64,000 bases of DNA from positions 29,698,001-29,762,000 of the forward strand of contig NC_042998.1 in NCBI RefSeq assembly GCF_006345805.1, in the 5' to 3' direction. This stretch comes from Octopus sinensis (Eukaryota). The notes under the pieces were generated by a model. That model made no database searches. It saw only the letters and a list, made by a program, of their open reading frames with translations, and was not told where the DNA came from. The first letter of the stretch is position 1. Every line of letters begins with the position of its first letter. Shown in pieces: positions 36,543 to 50,541 of the stretch. The position numbers and the translations under genes are program-made.

Positions 36543-37685
36543 AGAGAAAGAGAATAATATATGATTGTTTCTTTGATACAGGTTTGTAATTATAGTCTTT
36601 GGTCATACTCTTCATTTATAAAAAGAAACAACGCTTTATTTATATATTTGTTTAGGCACCTCAATGTAAGCACACTGCATGGTTCCTCTTTTAGTTTAAG
36701 CAAGCAGATGGGCTAATTTCTTTACTGCAACGCAAATGTAAAATGACTTCAGGAATATTGAATAGGCTTCAAGGAATATATCAAACCAGTAACTAAGCTG
36801 TTTATATAGGAAGCGATTGCTGGTGTCTAATTAGGCAATGACGATAACATATAGGCTCTTTTTTTTTTACATGATATCTAGTAAACATTGAAGATATTTC
36901 AAGTTCTAAAGTGTAATATTTTCATTTTCAAGGCGAATAATCAAGTTGTGGTATATTCACAAACGATGGTCCAGAAATAACAGAAAAAAGGGTCCGTTAG
37001 TCTCGCAAATCAAGTATCACTATCGTTAAATAAAGGATTTCCATACCTAGTCTAATGCCATTAACTGCCTTAAATGTACTCTTTGCGGATCTTTATATAT
37101 TGGACAGACTGGCCGCCGATGGTTGGCCGACAGATTTCTTGAACATCCATGAGATATTTGTCCCCAGAAAACATACTTCTCTTGCCCCCACCACTTCTAC
37201 TTCAACAACCACTCCATCCAACACTTCATGGTGTTCGACCTGGCCTTACACCATGCACCCACCACAATCAGATTTTGCAAGAAGCATCAGTATATTTCAC
37301 AATTAACTCATATACTGATTGGACTTAGCACATCCGTCCTGTTTGTGACGTATTCATTCTTGCAACAACTTCCAGCTTCCATATCTCTCACCAAACTTAT
37401 TCTCCTTTTCTCTCTCTACTTATCTTCCACACACTTTCACAGACTTACATTCATAATTTACCCCCTACACACACATACACTCGAACACACATACCTGTAC
37501 ACACACTCAAAAGAAGATATACACACATGCAAGCACATACATAGACACACACACACATATACACACGCCAGTTCACACATACACACATACACACACACGC
37601 TCATGCGCACACAACACTCAGCCTCTCGATGGTTTTCTCCGGACTATCTGCTGCCTCCACTTGTTCCTCTTCTCTGGATTTCTTT

Positions 37686-37724
37686 CTCTATCCGACGAAG
37701 AGCTATGCTCGAAACGTCATTTCT
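37686..37724 (+). ncRNA. Degenerate hammerhead-like motif (CCGACGA family)
   Basis: CCGACGA-A-GAGC uau GCUC-GAAA-CG-UC; stem I has decayed. Confidence 0.45.
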
Positions 37725-38094
37725 ATTCCTATTTTTCCCGTCTAAACTGTCACTTAATTATTATCTACTATTTTCAAAGAATACGTCCAACTGACTATTG
37801 CTGTTTTTTTGTGTGTGTTTTCTTTATCCTTGAATTTGCCTACACACACATACACACACACACATATCAACGTCGTCGGCACTGCTCGTGTACGAGTTTG
37901 GTGTGCGTACACATACACTCATATGTCTGTGTACATGCGTGTCTGAGAAATTTCGACATTAAATAGAAAGATGGATATTCAGAAATAGTATTACTGTTTT
38001 GCATAACAGATGTGAGAAGAGATCTTCATCGCAGTTAGAGATAATCCTCATTAATTTACAGAATTATTGCTGTGAACGAACAAATGGTAAAATT

Positions 38095-38484
38095 ATACTT
38101 CCTACTATAGGCAGAACGCCTGACACTGAGGAGGAGAGGGCCAGTCGATTAGATCGATCCCAGTACGCAACAGGTACTTAATTTATTGATTCCGAAAGGA
38201 TGAAAGTCAAAGTCGACCTCGGCAGAATACGAACCCAGAGTTTTAGCGAAGGGTAAAATACGTATTTCTTTACTACCCACAAGGGGCTAAACACAGAGAG
38301 GACAAATATAATCGGATTAAGTCGATTATATCAACCCCAGTGTGTAACTGGTACTTATTTATTCGACCCTGAAAGGATGAAAGGCAAAGTCGACCTCGGC
38401 GGAATTTGAAATCAGAACGTAGCGGCAGATGAAATACCGCTAAGCATTTCGCCCGTGCTAACGATTCTGCCAGCTCGCCGCCTT
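38095..38484 (-). mobile_element. SINE family A dimer
   Basis: A tail-1 unit followed by a truncated tail-2 unit. Confidence 0.88.
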
Positions 38485-39374
38485 ACCAAGCGTTAAAATA
38501 ATAACATACGAGCGTCCTATTGATCTCAAAATATTCAATAAATACTTTTAGAGCACATTTGTGTATAATGGCGTGTGAGAGTCCTTTTATACAATTGTAT
38601 TATGTGAATAATACGTACTTTTGTTCTAAAAAAAGACGAAGGGCTGTAACCATGGACAAGACTACTCACCGAAGAGTTGTTCTAAAGGCCATCAATAATG
38701 TGCACGAAAACGAAAAAAAGCCCTAATATGTTATCCATGTTACTATTATAAAACCTGGTTAGTTCCAGACTTCTATATCGAATTATTTCTTTGGATCGCC
38801 GTCTGACTTAGCAAGGTTTTGGCAGAAAAATTCACACCCCTCACAGGAACCACTACAATGAAATAATGGTGAAATAGAGATGGCTTAACAGTGTAGGCGA
38901 GATTCGTAAAAGGCATACGGAAACAGATGCGTTAGCATATCAAGGACAACCACGAGAACCCAGCAGCAGGCTTTTTCTCAATGAGTAGAAGCCTCACATC
39001 ACAAAGCATTCACTTGAGCCAAAAGTTTGAAAATGTTGAGCAATTATTCAAAGTATTGTTTCTTGATAAGAGGATCGAGATTGCAGAAGAAAGAAACAAG
39101 AGCGGAACACCAGCTGTTTGAAGTTTAGCGTCAAGCATTTGCAGTAACGGTTTGGATGTTCCGTTAGAAGCAGATACCAGGTTGCTTTGATTTCGTAGGG
39201 TCGCAGTCAGTTTAGCATGCCAATAGTGCTTGGTGTACCCTGTCTTAGCAAATAAAATTTATCTAACCTGAACTCCATTTAGACTCTATAGGGTATATTT
39301 AATATGGCCAAATTGCGTCTCTGCTACCTGATGGAAATGAAAACTACCATCGAATCACCTGTTTTTCTATAAAA

Positions 39375-39720
39375 TAGGTTGGGTAGCTCCGAAAGGGGTC
39401 TCAGAGAGTAGGGTCCCTGCCTTCCTGAGCTATTTTCCCACCACATTTCTCAAAAATCGTGGTAGAAGCCTTGGTCTCAGGACCACTCATGTCTAGAAAC
39501 TGAGGTTGGGAGTAAACAAGGGCATGCTCCCCGGGGAAAATCCAGCTCCAAAAAAGCCTCATGATAACAAAGGAGAATGGGCACCAGCCAGCCCAAAGGT
39601 TGGGGTGGGATGCCTCTACCTATCTTGGTTGCTATACATTGAGGTAGATCCGCCCACCCTTGCTAAACGGGACAAAACCCGGACTTAAAACACTGGATGA
39701 TGATGATGATGATGATGATG
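39375..39720 (+). mobile_element. Unclassified SINE/LINE-3'-like repeat with a (GAT)n tail
   Basis: GC-richer block ending CCCACCCTTGCTAAACGGGACAAAACCCGGACTTAAAACACTG(GAT)n; single copy in the window. Confidence 0.5.
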
Positions 39721-40582
39721 GGCAGTGTTACAGGTTGGTTTTCTCTGTGTCAAGACATCTATCTTACTATACAATTCATAATTTATTCAGTCAGTCAGGC
39801 AGTCAGCCAATGAAGGCCAAACCATTGACTATTCATATCATCTTTCTTTTTTCCTCACCAATTTCTTTCATTGTAATAAGCACATTTTAGGTTTTGATAC
39901 TGAAATTAAACCTCATACGCTATGCTTGTGAGTGCGCATGCGTGTATGTATACACACACACACACATACACACGTACAAACTTGTATACATAATATGGTT
40001 ATTACCCCTGTCAATATAAGAAATTTCTGTAGTCGGATTAAACGAAAATGCCATATTCATATATTCACATCTTGTATGCATTAAGGGTGGATTTGCTAGA
40101 GGGGAAATGTACTGTTGAAGACTCTCAACAACGCTGTAACGTATCTTGCATTTGTGCCTTGAAGCTATTTATAGTAACAAATCAATCTAATGACGTCAAG
40201 AATGCACTTTTGCTATTCCTGGCCCATTCTCTTTCAAACGACTAATCCAACTTTATCAATCAATACGTAATCTATTATTGCCTATCGGCAAATTACATGT
40301 TGTGGACGGTAGCGTTTCAACTAATGTTCTATAATGCTTTAAAGCACTCACTTTCATATGACTAAATTTTTGATCGGACATTTTGAAACGGATCAATTAA
40401 AACAGGATTGTATGTGTTTGACTCTTAGTTCAATGTCACAACCATAGCAAATGACAGTCAGATTTGTGGAAACGTTATGCTAATACTCAAATATATTACG
40501 TAGGATTGTTCAATGAATTTCATATTCTCTTCTCCGGCATTTGCTCTAATATGCATTTAAAGAAAACTTTCAGTTATGTCAT

Positions 40583-40884
40583 CACCGTGATCACTGTGAT
40601 CGACCAGGTTGTCAGATGTTGCTACACATCGCCGGTTACAATGCACTTCGCATTGTTTTAGCCTTCAAATGACGCCACCCCGCTGGCTAAGCGAGCAGGC
40701 CAACAGAAGAAAGAGTGAGAGAAGGTTGTGGCGAAAGAGTACAGCAGGGATCGCCACCCCCACCCCACCTGCTGGAGCCTCGTTGAGATTTAGGAGTTTT
40801 CGCTGAATAAACACTCACAACGCCCGGTCTGGGAATCGAAACCGCGAGTCCGCTGCCCTAACCACTGGGCCATTGCGCCTCCAC
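40583..40884 (-). mobile_element. SINE family C (tail type 3) with a 12-bp TSD
   Basis: Same head as other C copies; tail shared with 54524-54700; TSD CAGTTATGTCAT (40571-40582, 40884-40895). Confidence 0.9.
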
Positions 40885-41613
40885 AGTTATGTCATATATT
40901 TAGTAGGTAAATGGTATGTGTATCAATGATTGCGTATTTTGCTTGAACGGCGTCTTGCGTTTTATTTGAGAATCTAAAATCAATGACATGCACATATTTT
41001 ATCACCCTGGAGTTTCGCTGACAGGCAAGATTGATAGCTGTAGGATCTAAACTTCTTAGAAGAAAGAATATATTGTTTTATTGCTCTCCGTTTCCTCTAG
41101 CTTACCAAATGCTAAACTGACGCAATAACAATCACCGAAGAGGCATTATTTCAGCAACCGATTTCAGAACAATTTAAAATTCAATCCATTGATCGGTTTA
41201 AACTTTGCACCTCGATACAATTTCTAGTTTTGAAGAATATATTTTTTAACATAAGTGTAAAATGTTAATTATATTCAATTTCAAAGGAATTCTCTTGACC
41301 ATAAATATATTGACATCAAATTATTGAGGTCAGATTATAGAAATATTTATTCATATAATGTTGTACCGTCGTATCACGCGATGGTCGATGTTCTGTAAAA
41401 CTTCAAACACTCTGTTTATACAGCCAAGGCAACAGCATTCACTGCGCACGAAATGCTTTGCACTCAAGCAATACTAACTGTTAACACATTTGTGTACATA
41501 GCTGACTTGCTACTGCAGCATTTTACAAATGTTTTTATTTAGTTTTGAAGCAACACATGTCTAACTCTAATTCTCTTTGAAGAACGGACAAATGTAAATT
41601 AAAGGAACCTATA

Positions 41614-42035
41614 TACCTATTCCTTTACTACTCACAAGGGGCTGAACACAGAGAGAGAAAAAACAAGGACAGACAAACGGATTAAGTCGATTATTTTGAC
41701 CCTAGTGTGTAACTGGTACTTATTTAATCGACACCGAAAGGATGAAAGGCAAAGTCGACCTCGGCGGAATTTGAACTCAGAACATAGCGGCAGACGAAAT
41801 ACCTATTTCTTTACTACCCACAAGGGGCTAAACACAGAGAGAAAAAACAAGGACAGACAAACGGATTAAGTCGATTATTTCGACCCCAGTGCATAACTGG
41901 TACTTATTTTATCGACACCGAAAGGATGAAAGGCAAAGTCGACCTCGGTGGAATTTGAACTCAGAACATAGCGGCAGACGAAATACCGCTAAGCATTTCG
42001 CCCGGCGTGCTAACGTTTCTGTCAGCTCGCCGCCT
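41614..42035 (-). mobile_element. SINE family A dimer (tail-1 plus tail-1)
   Basis: Fixed junction AAAGAAATA|GGTATTTCGTCTG. Confidence 0.93.
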
Positions 42036-42302
42036 TTTAATATATACCGTATATATACCTATATACCGTAGCCTTTAATTACCTTACCTACTAACTTATT
42101 TCTAAATCATTGGCTCTCATGAAACAAAGATGTCAACGAATCCGTTGGAGAAAATATAACCATGTAAAATGACATTTTTAATGTTTTATATGAAAATATC
42201 AAGTAAGAATTAAAAATGGGATGAAACTGTACTCATGCGTAAAATGAAGGGTAAGCTACACTTGTGAAATTTCAGTGAAATTTGTATGAATTATATGAAT
42301 AT

Positions 42303-42467
42303 AGACGTAGGAGTGACTGTGTGGTAAGTAGCTCGCTCACCAACCACATGGTTCCGGGTTCCGTCCCACTGCGTGGCACCTTGGGCAAGTGTCTTCTACT
42401 ATACCCTCGGGCTGACCAAAACCTTGTGAGTGGATTTGGTAGACGAAACTGAAAGAAACCTGTCGTA

Positions 42468-42527
<60 letters not shown>

Positions 42528-42690
42528 TGTGTGTGTGTGGTGTGTGTGTGCGTCTGTGTTTCTCTCCCAACATCGCTTGACAACCGATGATGGTGTGTTA
42601 AGGTCCCCGTAACTTAGCGGTTCGGCAAAAGAGACTGATAGAATAAGTACTAGGCTTACAAAGAATAAGTCCTGGGGTGGTCGATTTGCT
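42303..42690 (+). mobile_element. SINE family B
   Basis: Matches family B consensus. Confidence 0.92.
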
Positions 42691-42772
42691 AAAAAAGTAA
42701 AAGAAAGAAAAGAGAATCAATTTAGCATTATGCGTACTGTGGTAACACATGTGCATGGTAAGTTATATACGA

Positions 42773-43077
42773 CTAGCAGTATCGCCCGGCGTTGCTCGGA
42801 TTTGTAAGGGAAATAACTATATAAGGATTTTTAGAGAGTTACTTTCCTTATATAAACCGAGCAAAAAATGCATTAAAAATGCGGAAAAATGATGGTAAAT
42901 TTATTTTTAAATCGTAGACTCATCGTAGACGCGCGCTAATACCCAGAAGGGTTCGATATGAATCACGACTATAAGATACCCGCTTTTGGTTAAACTGCAC
43001 CGGAAAATGTGGGAGTAGTTAGGAATCTAAATCTGAGTAGACAGACATACACACAACTTCAGTTTTATATATAAAGA
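42773..43077 (-). mobile_element. Non-autonomous Helitron
   Basis: On the minus strand: A|TCTTTATATATAAA 5' end, 3' CCGAGCAACGCCGG imperfect hairpin then CTAG|T; no TSD, A/T insertion site. Confidence 0.85.
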
Positions 43078-43644
43078 TAAAACGTGCTATATTATATCTA
43101 ATAAGGATGTGATGCAATGCTCATTTTCACATTTGAATTGCTTTTATTTGAAGAGTAAACGTTCAGTATTATACACAGATTTAAGCACTCAGCGATTGAA
43201 CTGCAGCCATGCTGGGACATAATTTTTAAGAGTTTACATTTATAAAGTAAGCTTGTTAACCACACAGTACGTTAATCCTTCTCAGGTTATAATCCCAAGT
43301 TAGAACATGCAGTAATAAAAACGAAATATCCTGTATTACAATTAGAACTCAATCATCTTATTTAGTGTGAGAAATAAATATTTCGCTTTCAGTATATTTT
43401 GATGGAAAAATGAATCTGATTTTATACAGAGATAATTTCATATCTGAATTAGACAGAGCAATATATCAGTTGGTGATCGTTCTCAATTACCTGCCAACGA
43501 GACAAAATGATAGTTGTGAAATAGCTTCAGAACAATATTGAAAACAGTTTCACAGACTGGGGCTGTTTAAACATCATCTGAGTCCTCTCGTACACAAATA
43601 TATGAACACATACGCACATACCACTACAAACCCACGCCATTACA

Positions 43645-43683
<39 letters not shown>

Positions 43684-43842
43684 GTGTGTGTGTATTACAT
43701 GTATCAATATATACTTCATAATGAATTTAATGTCTTATCTATCTATCTATCTATCTATATATATATATATATATGTAAATATATATATATATATAATATA
43801 TATATATATGTGTGTGTGTGTGTGCGTGTGTGTGTATGTATA

Positions 43843-43905
<63 letters not shown>

Positions 43906-44314
43906 GTATATGTATAATATATATATGTGTATACACTCATACACACATATATATATGTAAGTATATATGTATGTAAGTGTAAATGTTGTGAGTGTGCGCG
44001 AGAGAGAGAGAGAGAGAGAAAATTTATGGGTATTTATTTTATGATTTATTTAATATGTCTGAGAAGTTTAAGTTATGGGAAAATAAATCGAAATGTAAAA
44101 CATTAGAGCTTAGCATGATGCTATTTAATGGTTTTATCTCAGAAAATATTTTACCGTTTCTTACTCAACAGGGGCTTCAAGTTGATTCAATTGCAAAACA
44201 ATGGCGGAACTGTGTTTTGTATTTTGAAAATAAAAGAAATCTGAAACGCTGTAATTAAGCTTTTACCTGGACAAAGAAAAAAAAGATAATGATATAATTC
44301 TTTTCTATTTTATT

Positions 44315-44950
44315 ATTTACTTGTTTCAGACATGGCTGCGGCCATGCTGAGGCACCACCTTGAGGAATTTTTAGTTAAATGAATTGAGCCCGGTACTTAC
44401 TTTTGTCAGCCTGGTGCTTATTGTATCGGTCACTTGTGCAGGACCGTTGACTCACGGAGACGTAAACACACCAACACCGGTTGTCAAACGATGGAGAAGG
44501 GCATATAGAAGCGCGCGCACGCACACACACACACATATGCATACACACTTTGAGCTTCTTTCAGTTTCCTATTTCTTTACTACCCACAAGGGGCTAAACA
44601 CAGAGAGGACAAACAAGGACAGCCAAACGGATTAAGTCGATTATATCGACCCCAGTGCGTAACAGGTATTTATTTCATCGACTCCAAAAGGATGAAAGGC
44701 AAAGTCGACCTCGGCGAAATTTGAACTCACAACGTAACGGCAGACGAAATACGGCTACGCATTTCGCCCGGCGTGCTAACGTTTCTGCCAACTGGCCGCC
44801 TTATTTCAGTTTCCGTCTACCAAATTAACCATCATAGTTTTGGCTGGCCGGTGGCTATATGAGAAGACACTTGCCCAAGGTGCCACGCAGTGGAACTGAA
44901 CCTGGAACCATATGATTAGGAAGCAAGCTTCTTACCACACAGCCACTCCA
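44315..44950 (-). mobile_element. SINE family B interrupted by SINE family A (44570-44803)
   Basis: TSD TTTCAGTTTCC at 44559-44569 and 44804-44814. Confidence 0.92.
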
Positions 44951-45629
44951 TATTGAAAAGCATCTTTCGTGGTTTACTTTGTAAGAGTTCGAAAGTATTT
45001 TAGCTTGTAATAAGTATGTTAAGCATTTTGAATAGAAATAATACTGCTATAAATATTCAAGTTAACCACACCCTATTCCAAGTTACCGCCTGATAATCTG
45101 AAATCGATTTTAAATTATCCTCCCCCCGTGGCCCTTTCCCGGGTATAGCTTGAACCCGGTTTCAAATTACTCCTGCACTCTTCACATTAATCCATTTCTG
45201 ATTTCGCTAAAATGATAAATTTTAGCGCTTAAAACTCGTATAAGACTGTAATCTACTCCTAAAATGTGAAAGTAAAAAAAAATGTTATTGGATTTTTAAT
45301 CTAACATTTTTATGAAGTTTATCCCCAATTAAAAGTGAATGTCGTGTTAGAACGCATAATACTGCACAAGTTAGCAAGATAGAACTTCTCATATAGACTT
45401 GTAGTTCATCCACAAGTCCATATGCGAGGTTTTGTGCACAGTAGATTACTCAGTATTCTGTATTGTAATACAACGTCCACTTTTAATCGGGGATGAATAT
45501 TACCTTTTTTGTATTAATCTTGCTTTTGTCGCTATTATTTTTATGTTACCTTTAAGAGAATATTTTGAACATTAGAGATTCTGGTTTTGCAAATATTTGA
45601 ATAAAATCATTACTATTCGATAATGTAAA

Positions 45630-45945
45630 ACATTTATTTCCGTATTATCTTCTGGTCTAGCTTGCTCAGACATTTTTAACTCACGCAACCATCTCGGTCC
45701 TGCATAAGTCGAGGGTGGTCTACGAGGGGGTATCCAGTTTCCCTGGTGAGTTGATCTACATATGTTGTGTGTTTGGATGATCTGCTCGAGTATGGCCATG
45801 CTTTGGCATGCAGAGCGGTAGGCCACTTACCAGCTGAGCTTTAGCTGGCAAGCAATATCCTGCAAAGCGCAGCGCCTTCCATTATAACGACAGAAACAGA
45901 CAGATGTCCATACATCTGTTTCTTGGTAGGATGAGGTCCCCAAGA
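45630..45945 (-). pseudogene. RTE-clade LINE 3' fragment
   Basis: HPTKKQMYGHL...RFAGYCL...PKHGHT...TYVDQL.RETG...LMQDRDGWRE across frames. Confidence 0.8.
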
Positions 45946-46350
45946 TATATTTAAGAGTGCTCTTAATATTCGGATGTAACGATTGAGTTCTGGCTGTTGC
46001 TCTATATAAAAGGACTGATTCAGAAAAAAATCCCTGAGAGGAATATTTCAGTTGTTATTTATTAAAGATAAAATCTAATTACAAATTCATTTAAAATTTC
46101 AAATCCGATTAGAATATATTATTATACAAAATGAAATTGAAGAATACACAAACACTTTAAATGCAAAAGGAATATGTTTATTATACAAAACAAAATATAC
46201 CAATACTTTTTAAATGTAAATGGAATCTATTTATATGTAAAGTGAAATATATTTACACACATTAAATGCAAATTATATGTATTTGTATACGAACCACAAT
46301 GTTTATACACTTTGCGATAGTTATTATATTTATAAGTTACCGAAAGAAAA

Positions 46351-46538
46351 ATTATGTTGTGTCTGGGGAGAGTCATTCTCTTTTAGTGCCTCAGAATTTT
46401 TTGTTGCGTCTTGCGAAAGGTTGCAAGACGCAACGAAAATTTTAGAAAAATAAATAAATGAGTGGAAATTTTACCTGTGTGTGTGTGTTGAATTATAAGA
46501 CACTAAAAGAGAATGACTCTCCCCAGACACAACATAAT
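46351..46538. mobile_element. MITE-like element with 38-bp TIRs and an internal hairpin
   Basis: ATTATGTTGTGTCTGGGGAGAGTCATTCTCTTTTAGTG / CACTAAAAGAGAATGACTCTCCCCAGACACAACATAAT; internal GTTGCGTCTTGC-8-GCAAGACGCAAC; related internal part at 51805-51905. Confidence 0.9.
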
Positions 46539-46636
46539 ATGCTTCAACACATGAACTCCCATTAAGAGTCTTGCAAACCAAATCCAAAAACGAAAGAAAA
46601 ATAATGATAATAATGAAAATAATCTATATAATAGTA

Positions 46637-46810
46637 GCACCTTGCGCAAGTGTCTTTTACTATAGCCTTGGGCCGACCAAAGCCATGTGAGTGGATTTGG
46701 TAGACGGAAAGGGAAAGAAGCCGTCGTATATATATGTTTGTGTGTCTGTGTTTGTCCCCCACCATCGCTCGACAACCGATTATGGTGTGTTTACGTCCCC
46801 GTAACATAGT
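46637..46810 (+). mobile_element. SINE family B, partial
   Basis: CORE-like stretch to mid-tail. Confidence 0.8.
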
Positions 46811-47364
46811 TAGTTAAAGAGGTGGAGAGGAGTGAGAGAGAGGTGGTGATGAAGTGAGTGAGAGGTGGAAATTGAGTGAATGAAAGGTGGTGGTGGAGTG
46901 AGTGAGAGGTGAAAGTGGAGTGAGTGATATGGATGTGTGTGTATATGTGCGCACGTGTGCGTGTGTGTGTAAGTGTGTGTGTATGTCTGGCTTTAAAGAA
47001 TGCCAAAGCGACGCTGTTTGTGTCGATAAAATAAACTACTAAAATGCATGATTTGTAGTAGTAGAACTCACAGCTACTAAAACGATCGGAGTAAAGTATT
47101 TCGCCCAAGGAAATACAGCGGCGTGTTAACACCCACTCTGAATTACTTCCATGTTTAGAGATAAATATATTTTTTGAACATTTGTATCTGCATTATGTTT
47201 CGATCACCTTAATCTTCCATTGCCATCAAAGTTTTATGTTTGACTGTGTAATTAAGACCGCGATGGAGTTGAACAATGCATCTTTCTCTAAGAAACATTA
47301 AAATTCATAGCTACCAGGCCAGTGGCATGTGCAAAGTTTATTTCAATAACAAAAGACACTAGTG

Positions 47365-47466
<102 letters not shown>

Positions 47467-47762
47467 CATGTCAAAGGGAAATGGAATTTAATTAAAATTA
47501 AAACATTCAATCAAAATTTACATTTCCAGTGGTCTAACGGGCAAAAAAAAATTGTCAAGAAGACTATATATTAGTCATACGACATAGTGTATATTTAAAC
47601 ACATAAGGAATCCACTTCTAGGGAATTCAGCACGCTAGAGAAAACATCTAGGTTCTGTAAACCACAAAAATAACGTTATTTTTGTGGTTTACAGAACCTA
47701 GCTGTTCTTTCTAGCGTGCTGAATACCCTATATACTATATCGTATGCCTTATATATATATAT

Positions 47763-47794
<32 letters not shown>

Positions 47795-48277
47795 ATATAT
47801 AAATATATATGCATGTATGGGTACAGGAGGTCAACTACAGTAAACAACAAGACATACGAAAACAAATGAGTTCAATACGCAAACAATGAGAGAAAAAATT
47901 GGAAAACAGGACAAGTAACATAAAGAAAGACCCTTCATCAGTTGTTGGCTGTCTATCTACTGCTCATTTCGAGCATTAAACGACAATATGAGACTTCGAA
48001 AACAGTTACTCCCATAAGTGCTAAAATAAAACTTTACGGAGGGTCAGACGTGCAACACAAATCGACATAAAACCCTTAAGAAAAGTTCAACACAGTAACA
48101 CACCTTCCCCGAAAATACTGCTGTACATATTCACATACAACCTCAGAATTTGTTATAGATTTCTGTCATAGATTTATACAATAGTATTCATAGTAAATTT
48201 AGGACATGTAAGTGAGTATCTCATAAATATTATTGATGAAAACGATTCTCTTAATAGGCGATAATATGTGTGTGTAC

Positions 48278-48580
48278 GGCGGCAAGCTGGCAGAATCATT
48301 AGCGCGCCAGACAAATGCTTAGTGGTATTTTGGCGGCGAGCTGGCAGAAACGTTAGCACGCCGGGCGAAATGCTTAGCGGTATTTCGTCTGCGTTACGTT
48401 GTGAGTTCGAATTCCGCCGAGGTCGACTTTGTCTTTCATCCTTTCGGGGTCGATAAATTAAGTACCAGTTACGCACTGGGGTCGATGTAATCGACTTAAT
48501 ACCTATGTCTGTCCTTGTTTGTCCCCTCTGTGTTTAGCCCCTTGTGGGTAATAAAGAAATAGGTATTTTGCCCGTCTTTA
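48278..48580 (+). mobile_element. SINE family A with a duplicated head
   Basis: Two GGCGGC(A/G)AGCTGGCAGAA heads; tail-1 followed by GGTATTTTGCCCG re-entry. Confidence 0.9.
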
Positions 48581-50170
48581 GGCTCTGCGTTCACTCGTAG
48601 TTGAATAAAAACAACAATCTTTATTTGAAAATTTGTGCTAATAACATTATCAAGTACATGTTAGCTGGATATTTACATTATTCTCTGGAATTTGTTCTGT
48701 CGATTTTGCCGTCGGCTGTTCATCTATTTTCTTTATAGTTTAAAAGCAAACTTATTTTACTATGAATCACATTCGATCTCAAAGATGAACTTTGATAATT
48801 TGATGTTATAAAACATTGCTTGAGGATAAATGCCAGAATAAGTTAGGGATTCCCAACATGAGATTCACTTCCCGAAATGCCACGTCTCCATCCTTGCGGG
48901 TGCGAGATGACATTTCAGGGAATGCAATGGAGGGAAAGTATATACCATTTTAAAATAGTTTTTCCGAATAAAATTATTAATCAATAATTAAAAATAATTT
49001 CATTAATCATAGAAAGAACTGTATTACTCCATATATGTAGAAATAACCCTTTAATGTTTAAATTATTTTTGAAGTGCTTTCGAAATCGTTTGCTGAATAT
49101 TTGCAGCGGGAAACCTCAAATTTGGGAAAAGTTTGACCAGGAGTTCACATTCTCAAAGTTTAGAGAAAATATCAGCTGATGACTAACAAACGGAAGATCG
49201 CATTTAAAATGCACGCAAATTGAGCTCTAGGATTGAATCGAAAGCAGAACTTTGGAGATGCTTTGGTTTTTAGCAGTGGATATATTCATATAACTTGATG
49301 GAAAAGTCACCATTACATTTGTAACGTCATACCAGAGTAAATCTTGATTCAGTTCTCATCTCTCAATCAAAACTGATTTAGAAATTGCCTGAAATTGCCA
49401 GCAATCAACAAGAATATTCCACTTCATGAAAAAGAGCTGAATTTTATGATCGCAAATGTGATTGGATTTTACTGTTTACTTGGTGCTTTTACAATGTTGG
49501 CTTACGTTTTCATTTTATGCACTGAAGCAAAGGCTTAATTTGTTTGGGGCTCAATTTGTTCATCCACAGCACAACGTTTATTTCTATTGAAACAAGTTAT
49601 TAGAAAATGGATTTTTTTTTCATTTTCAAATGAGAAGTTACCTTTGTAGGAGTTGCGAAAATTTAATCAAATATTTCCTAGGAGTGAGGATCCATGGCAA
49701 GGATTGGAATGATAATTATTTCTCTGTCAAATAATTTTGTTCATTAGAAATATAACTGGCCTGAAATGGAAATCCAGCAGTGGCCTATTATATTCTGCTG
49801 TTGTTACTGCCACTAGTACACGCCTACTTAAGTAAAGCATTGGTCAAACACGTCATAGACGCCAAAATTCGGATATTACTGATGCTTAAGACATTGTAAA
49901 ACCCATTTTCAAGGAATAGATTGCGGTTACTAGTTGACGGTCAATGTACAGGTCTTATTGTTGGTTCGTAGTCCAGTCTGCTATGAGTAAGAGAAGGAGC
50001 CTTTAAGACATGATCTTTCCTCTGAAAAAAAAATGATTTTCCCGTTATTGCAGAACATTTGTCTCCCCCACAACAAACTTTTATATATTATGTATATCAG
50101 TAATGATATATTTAATGTTAGATACTGCTTAAGCATTTTGTTCCAGTTATCATCTAGACAGTCGAAGCAC

Positions 50171-50541
50171 AATGGCCCAGTGGTTAGGGTAGCGGACTCG
50201 CGGTCGTAGGATCGCGGTTTCGATTACCAGACCGGGCGTTGTGAGTGTTTATTGAGCGAAAACACCTAAAGCTCTACGAGGCTCCGGCAGGGGGTGGCGA
50301 TAAACCCTGCTTTACTCTTTCACCACAGCTTTCACTCTTTCTTCCTGTTTCTGTTGTACCAGTATTTCGAAGGGCCAGCCTTGTCACACGCCGTGTCACG
50401 CTGAATCTCCACGAGAACTACGTTAAGGGTACACGTGTCTGTGGAGTGCTCAGCCACTCGCACATTAATTTCACTAACGGGCTGTTCCATTGATCGAATT
50501 AACTGGAACACTCCTTGTCGTCGTAACCGACGGAGTGCCAC
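50171..50541 (+). mobile_element. SINE family C (tail type 1)
   Basis: Matches the 19338 copy. Confidence 0.92.

Noticed and set aside
38780-39360. GC-richer unique block with possible coding look; similar block at 12100-12330
   Set aside because: Stops in all frames and no recognisable motif or convincing splice pair.
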